Assembly: GCF_000007225.1 (NCBI RefSeq)
Contig: NC_003364.1
Location: forward strand, 2,130,001 to 2,162,000
Direction of reading: 5' to 3'
Source: Pyrobaculum aerophilum str. IM2
GTDB taxonomy: Archaea > Thermoproteota > Thermoprotei > Thermoproteales > Thermoproteaceae
DNA length: 32,000 nucleotides
The notes beneath the pieces are model-generated. The model was not told the origin of the DNA. It was given only the letters and a program-made list of their open reading frames with translations, and did no database searches. Every line of letters starts with the position of its first letter. The stretch's first letter is position 1. Position numbers and translations under genes: made by a program. Shown in pieces: positions 27,539 through 32,000 of the stretch.

Positions 27539-29176
27539 ATGGCCGAAAAACAAACTTCCTCCAGAAGAGATTTGTTAAAAGCCGCGGCTGTGGCGGGCAT
27601 CGGCTTTGCCATTGGTAGCTGGGCTGTCGCCTTAAGCAGAGGCAAGGCGGTGGTCGAGGTGACTTCACAAAGAGTAGAGGAGGTGAGAGTAAAGCCCCAG
27701 GTGGAGGTCCAGCCGGTGGTACAGCAAGTGGCACAACAACAACCCGCCGGGCCCGTAGCCCCTCAGCACCCGGCGTTTGAAAAGAGAGGCCTCGCCTACT
27801 TAAACCCCGACTATATCCAATCTACTTTGAGAGTGTTAGTGCCAGAAGATCAGCTCCCGCCGAAGCCCACGGCGTTTAACATAAACGACTTAGACTGGAT
27901 AGCTATAATGATTGAGAGCAGATACCACGAGCCTGGCGTAGAGATGGTAGGGGCTTACACTTTCTTAGATATGAAGAATTTCAAGGTATTGAAGAGAGTT
28001 AAAAACGCCGGAGATAGAGTACATGTTGTTAGATTTGGCAGAGAGGAGTGGCCGGAGCATAAGAGGCGGTTTGCCATAGGCATGTCTAGAGACTGCCGGC
28101 TCTCAAAAATAGATCTCTACACAATGCAAATCGTGAGACAGATTAAAATAGGCGTTGATTGTAGAAGCGCCGCGTATGACAAAGACGGTAAGTACATAAT
28201 TGCGGGGAGTAAAGACCCAGGCCACGCCGTAATACTCGACGCAGATACTTTTAAAGTGCTTAAGGTAATTCCCTTCTTGGGGCCCTCTAAATTCTTCCCA
28301 ACGCCAATGATGGGAAGGCAGGGCGCCATCCTCGCCACAGATCTCGGCTACTGGCTCGTCAATGTAAAAGACGCCGAGATGGTTTTAGTAATAGACTATA
28401 GATCTCCCGACTTCCCCATAGTGCACGTGTTCACAAGCTACGACACTAATAGCAAAGGGAGGTCGGTTAAAGTGCAAATAGGTGACAAGACATATGACGT
28501 GACAGGCATTGGCAAAAGCCCCCACGAGTTGAATAAACTTGACAAAGAGGGGCGCTACGTGGCCGTGACAGGCCAAGAGTCAGATACTATTACAATCTTA
28601 GATTTAAAGAATATGGAGATTGTTAACGTCGTTCCCTGCGGCAAAAAGCCGCACCCCGGCCCGGGCACGCTAGTCCCCAATAAATACTTCTTAACTAATG
28701 CCATAGGGGAAGGGGTCATATCTGTGATCAACCTACAGACAATGGACGTGGAAAAGTACATTAAATACCCGAGGGAGTTCCCCGCCGACACTGGCGGCGG
28801 TCTTTATTCAACTCCGCCCCTGCCCGACGGCACAATACCTAAAGGCCTAGCCTGGTTTGACACGTCATTTAACATCAATAAAGGCGTCTTTGCAGTGGAC
28901 ATCCACTTACTCGACGTAGCCACCAGGCCGCCCAAGCCCGCGATCTTCGTCGAGAATAAGCCCGGGAAGTGGGCCATGCACCCAGGCCACACGCCTGATG
29001 GTAGATATGTAATCAGCGCTTTGGAGAGGACAGACTCCGTCTATAAAGTCGATGTTGAAACTGGGGAAATAGTGGACATAATAAGGCTTAAGGAGATAGA
29101 GCCAGTGCAACTTCTAGAAGAGCCCTCGCCCACCGGGATATTCCCGGCGTGGAGAATAAAGGCGCCGTGGTTCTAG
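27539..29176 (+). CDS. nirS: cytochrome d1-domain nitrite reductase (NirS-like, no haem-c domain) with twin-arginine signal
   Basis: Tat motif SRRDLLK plus a hydrophobic region. By manual alignment the d1 beta-propeller motifs match P. aeruginosa NirS: VHVVRF..MSRDCRLSKIDL..IKIGVDCRS, KSPHELNKLDKEGRYV, GKKPHPGPG, SPTGIF. No CxxCH motif occurs anywhere in the 545 aa. Confidence 0.8.
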   Translation: MAEKQTSSRRDLLKAAAVAGIGFAIGSWAVALSRGKAVVEVTSQRVEEVRVKPQVEVQPVVQQVAQQQPAGPVAPQHPAFEKRGLAYLNPDYIQSTLRVLVPEDQLPPKPTAFNINDLDWIAIMIESRYHEPGVEMVGAYTFLDMKNFKVLKRVKNAGDRVHVVRFGREEWPEHKRRFAIGMSRDCRLSKIDLYTMQIVRQIKIGVDCRSAAYDKDGKYIIAGSKDPGHAVILDADTFKVLKVIPFLGPSKFFPTPMMGRQGAILATDLGYWLVNVKDAEMVLVIDYRSPDFPIVHVFTSYDTNSKGRSVKVQIGDKTYDVTGIGKSPHELNKLDKEGRYVAVTGQESDTITILDLKNMEIVNVVPCGKKPHPGPGTLVPNKYFLTNAIGEGVISVINLQTMDVEKYIKYPREFPADTGGGLYSTPPLPDGTIPKGLAWFDTSFNINKGVFAVDIHLLDVATRPPKPAIFVENKPGKWAMHPGHTPDGRYVISALERTDSVYKVDVETGEIVDIIRLKEIEPVQLLEEPSPTGIFPAWRIKAPWF

Positions 29177-29733
29177 GCAAAATATACGTCGTAGGCGCGG
29201 GGCCGGGAGATCCAGAGCTCATAACCCTCAGGGGTTTTTTCCTCCTCCTCTCAGCCGACGCAGTTATTGCCGGCTCGTTAGTGCCCGAGGAATTAGTGGA
29301 TATTATGAGGGAAAAAGTGGTGTATAGAGAGAGGCTGACCAAGGAGAGGCATGAGGAGGCCGTGGCCACCGCCATACGCCTGGCCAAGGAGGGCAAAACC
29401 GTAGTTGTTTTAAAAAACGGGGACCCGGTGCTCTACGGCAGGGGATTTGAGATATGTGAAGAGGCCAATAGAGAGGGCGTGCCCTGTGAAATAGTGCCTG
29501 GGGTTACCTCCCTCACTGCAGCCGCGGCGAAGTATAAAATCCCCATCGGGCGCGGCGGCCGCCCCATTTTGTTAAAAACCGGGAGGAGCTCGGGGGATCC
29601 AGACGTGGTGATATTCATGCCTGAAAACGGCGCTGAAGGCTTAGTGGTGGAGGATTTATACGGCCCGGGGGAGAGGATTTACCAGGGCAAGCCCAGGGGG
29701 CGACCTGCCATTGTCTTCCAGATTAAAGGCTAA
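29149..29733 (+). CDS. short tetrapyrrole (uroporphyrinogen-III/SUMT-like) methyltransferase
   Basis: GKIYVVGAGPGDPELITLRG, LKNGDPVLYGRG and VPGVTSLTAAAA are SUMT/CobA/NirE-type motifs. It is only 188-194 aa. It overlaps the nirS 3' end; the alternative GTG is at 29167. Confidence 0.7.
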   Translation: MENKGAVVLGKIYVVGAGPGDPELITLRGFFLLLSADAVIAGSLVPEELVDIMREKVVYRERLTKERHEEAVATAIRLAKEGKTVVVLKNGDPVLYGRGFEICEEANREGVPCEIVPGVTSLTAAAAKYKIPIGRGGRPILLKTGRSSGDPDVVIFMPENGAEGLVVEDLYGPGERIYQGKPRGRPAIVFQIKG

Positions 29734-30857
29734 GCGGATAATTGCATTAGCCTCCTTTGAGTGTACAGCAAAAACGCCACAATCGCTATGCCTACAAGAG
29801 GCCCGCTTACAACGGCGAGGGACGGCGTGTAGGCGTAGGCGTAGCCCGCCCTTGCCAACATGCCGACGTTTAACAGGAGAAAAGTGACAACCTCAAGTAT
29901 TGGAACTCCTCTTCTAGGTTTTACCACTATTCTTTTCTGCATCTGTGTAGCTATCATGTCAATTAGTATTACGTCTACGCCGAAGACTATATTAAAAATA
30001 AACCCCAAGGCTAAGGCGTGCGTCGCGACGTCCCGCCACAAGGTCGGGGCGCCGAGGAAAAGTATTAACCCCGCCGCCATTAGCCAGAGGTAGGCGGACC
30101 AAATCTTCACGTATGAGAAGAGCTTCTCCGTCCTGGCGTATTGGGCGACGCCTGAGAAAAGTATTGACGCCGTCCCGCTGGCCGCCAGGAGCGCGCCGGC
30201 GGCTTCTACAATTCCAAAAGTCCACATGGCGAAGGAGGCGACGAGCAATAGAAAGGCCAAGACGCCTAGCCGCTCCCTCGCGGGCCTTCTCCCCGTCACT
30301 AATGCGATGTCTCTGGCCATAACGGCGTAAATCATACTCACTGGGAATATCAACATGGCGACGCCCAAATCCCCTCCCCCAATCCACGCCGTTATATACA
30401 GCGCTATAGACGCCGCGAGGGAGGCGACGATTAGATAGTTATAGGCCGAGGGCCTAAACCCCATTTTAGACGGCTTTAGATACGTCCTGGAGTATGTTAT
30501 CAAGACTAGCAACATCGCGAGGTAGGCCGCTGAGGACAGCCACGCGGCCCCCGCAACAGTCCCCGCCAGCAGAGCCCACAACAAGGCGGCGTATAGGGCC
30601 AGCGTAATGCCGCCCGCCTGCCTCCCAGACCACTCCATGGACAGCACGTTTAAAAGCTCGTTCCCTATGAGAGCTGCGAAAAAGCCGGCGATCATTAAAT
30701 AAAAGTGTTGTGTAACTTCAAGCTTAATGGGGAAGCTGGTGCCGGCCCAGCTCCACATAATTCCAATTCCGCCAAGTCCTCCAAGCACTAGCGATATTAA
30801 GCCGGGGGCCATTACGGGTATGACTCTCCTTGGCGTAAACACCTCTCCCATAGCCAT
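29730..30857 (-). CDS. polytopic membrane protein, NnrS-like
   Basis: About 12 predicted TM helices. The His-containing helices TQHFYLMIAGFF and THALALGFIFNIVFGV resemble the conserved His motifs of NnrS. It sits in a denitrification gene context. Confidence 0.5.
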   Translation of the reverse strand: MAMGEVFTPRRVIPVMAPGLISLVLGGLGGIGIMWSWAGTSFPIKLEVTQHFYLMIAGFFAALIGNELLNVLSMEWSGRQAGGITLALYAALLWALLAGTVAGAAWLSSAAYLAMLLVLITYSRTYLKPSKMGFRPSAYNYLIVASLAASIALYITAWIGGGDLGVAMLIFPVSMIYAVMARDIALVTGRRPARERLGVLAFLLLVASFAMWTFGIVEAAGALLAASGTASILFSGVAQYARTEKLFSYVKIWSAYLWLMAAGLILFLGAPTLWRDVATHALALGFIFNIVFGVDVILIDMIATQMQKRIVVKPRRGVPILEVVTFLLLNVGMLARAGYAYAYTPSLAVVSGPLVGIAIVAFLLYTQRRLMQLSA

Positions 30858-31197
30858 GTTCTCGTTATGAAGACAAATACGTGGCAGTTATTCTGATTAA
30901 CTAAAGGGCATAAAAACCGCGGGATGCGGAATTGGCGTAATGCCCTTCTAGGGCGCCCGTTGCAACGCCCCATTTTAATAGCCTTTGTATAAGGCGCGTA
31001 CTTCCCTCTGTACTGATGTGAGGGTGATGATGGTCAAGCATGTGTTGAGATCTGTGCGCGTTTAAACTTGGCGGAGGCCGAGAGATCGGATGTCTGTTAT
31101 CTCTACCCGCTTAATGTTAACATTTGGCGTAAGCTTGCACTTTGTGTTTTTATGTTATTGTGGTTAACCAGAATTTATAACTTAACACCGGCGTAAT
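30830..31197 (+). repeat. array of co-oriented TTGGCGTAA motifs (three exact copies plus one partial)
   Basis: Exact 9-mers at 30830-30838, 30932-30940 and 31124-31132. A cGGCGTAA copy at 31190-31197 lies just before the norB ATG. Confidence 0.7.
31172..31180 (+). promoter_or_regulatory. TATA box of norB
   Basis: AATTTATAA is centred about 29 nt upstream of ATG 31205 and is preceded by TGGTTAACCA at the BRE position. Confidence 0.55.
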
Positions 31198-31204
31198 AGC
31201 GTTC

Positions 31205-32000
31205 ATGAAAAACGGCTGGACTTATTTCGTGCTTGCCGCCACAGTTCTCGTCTACGTTGTGTACATAGCCATGGCGGTGTGGACTTTTTACAACTTGCCC
31301 CCAATACCTGAGAGAGTGGTTACTAAGAGCGGTGAGTTGTTATTCACGGCGCAGGACATAATAGAGGGTAAGACGCTTGCTCAAAAATATGGTCTTTTAG
31401 ACTACGGCTCCTTCCTGGGATTCGGGGGGTATTTCGGCATTGATTACACCGCATATACCATGAAGTTTTTTGTAGATAAAATAGGACAGTTGAAAGGCAC
31501 TGCCCTGGCCTCAGAAATTAAACACCTCATGACGCCGCAGTTCTCTGCAAAAACCTCCTCTCTGTTTGCCCCAGCGGCAGGAGTCGCGGTGGTCAGCGAC
31601 GAGTTCGGCGCGGCTTATAAACAGGCTGTTGACTTCTACAAACAGCTATTTGGGCCTAAGGCTGAGGAGATAGGCCTCAAGCCCAATTTAATCACAGACC
31701 CCGAACACGTCAGGAAGATAGTATCTTTCTTCACCTGGGGCGTTATGATCGCCATGGCTAATTACACGAACGGCTTCCCCTACATGCCTGGCATTCTCAC
31801 GCCTAATATACACGTCACTGTTGCCACTTGGGTCACTTTCTTTATACTACTGCTTGTCATTATGCCGCTGGCGGGGTGGATAATAATTAAATTTATAGAC
31901 TACTGGAAAGAGCCGAGGATAACCGTTGATCTCCCGCCGCCTTCTAAAGAACAGAGGCTTGCCCTGCTCGGGTTTGTTCTGGCAGTGTTGGGCTTGTCCA
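31205..32000 (+). CDS. norB: quinol-dependent nitric oxide reductase (qNOR-type NorB), N-terminal 265 codons; continues beyond the window
   Basis: The frame is open from ATG 31205 to the window end, so it is absent from the ORF track. N-terminal TM helix, then FTAQDIIEGKTLAQKYGLLDYGSFLGFGGYFGIDYTAYT, typical of the qNOR N-terminal extension. No CxxCH motif. Confidence 0.85.
   Translation, partial: MKNGWTYFVLAATVLVYVVYIAMAVWTFYNLPPIPERVVTKSGELLFTAQDIIEGKTLAQKYGLLDYGSFLGFGGYFGIDYTAYTMKFFVDKIGQLKGTALASEIKHLMTPQFSAKTSSLFAPAAGVAVVSDEFGAAYKQAVDFYKQLFGPKAEEIGLKPNLITDPEHVRKIVSFFTWGVMIAMANYTNGFPYMPGILTPNIHVTVATWVTFFILLLVIMPLAGWIIIKFIDYWKEPRITVDLPPPSKEQRLALLGFVLAVLGLS

Noticed and set aside
31013-31048. 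Possible C/D-box sRNA (CTGA at 31013-31016, GTGATGA at 31024-31030, TTGA at 31045-31048)
   Set aside because: There is no proper C box about 12 nt upstream of the CTGA, no canonical CTGA D box at the right spacing downstream, and no terminal stem. The box order and spacing do not fit a C-D'-C'-D layout.
31068-31196. Small hydrophobic ORFs upstream of norB: a TTG-initiated 42-codon frame ending 9 nt before norB, and an ATG-initiated 25-codon frame at 31090-31167
   Set aside because: The region is T-rich, so hydrophobic translations are expected by chance. The only ATG-initiated versions are very short. The frames run across the predicted norB BRE/TATA. There is no independent support.

Overview
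The window looks crenarchaeal, order Thermoproteales, most likely a Pyrobaculum (P. aerophilum-like) chromosome. I infer this from gene content and style: Rpo7/Spt4, NAC, L10e, L5, PAC2 and a proteasome beta subunit; many GTG/TTG starts; BRE/TATA elements about 25-30 nt upstream of start codons, implying leaderless mRNAs; and 4-nt ATGA/GTGA gene overlaps. About 40 tightly packed genes are present. I found no rRNA, tRNA, CRISPR array or IS/transposase. Bases 1-19,000 are mostly housekeeping: an NDP-sugar pyrophosphorylase, a coupled HIT-ATPase-PIN chain, rpo7-spt4, alaS-nac, rpl10e, a Mo/W-type ABC transporter, PAC2, rpl5, an RsmB/Nop2 methyltransferase and an ACT-UPF0210 operon. Bases 19,100-24,200 hold intact etfBA flanked by decayed genes: a citrate synthase with one in-frame TAG, a 5'-truncated CBS remnant, and a 5'-truncated acetyl-CoA synthetase with four frameshifts at short homopolymer runs. 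Bases 24,200-25,900 carry a proteasome beta subunit (Ala at the position of the catalytic Thr1) and rtcA. Bases 25,900-32,000 form a denitrification island. It contains haem O synthase, a membrane-anchored monohaem cytochrome c, a Tat-signal NirS with only the d1 domain, a miniature SUMT-like methylase, an NnrS-like membrane protein, a 347-bp structured, repeat-bearing intergenic region, and the 5' part of a quinol-type NO reductase (absent from the ORF track because it runs off the window). The split cd1 nitrite reductase module and the TTGGCGTAA repeat array upstream of norB are the observations I would follow up first. All homology calls come from manual motif recognition; no database search was run.
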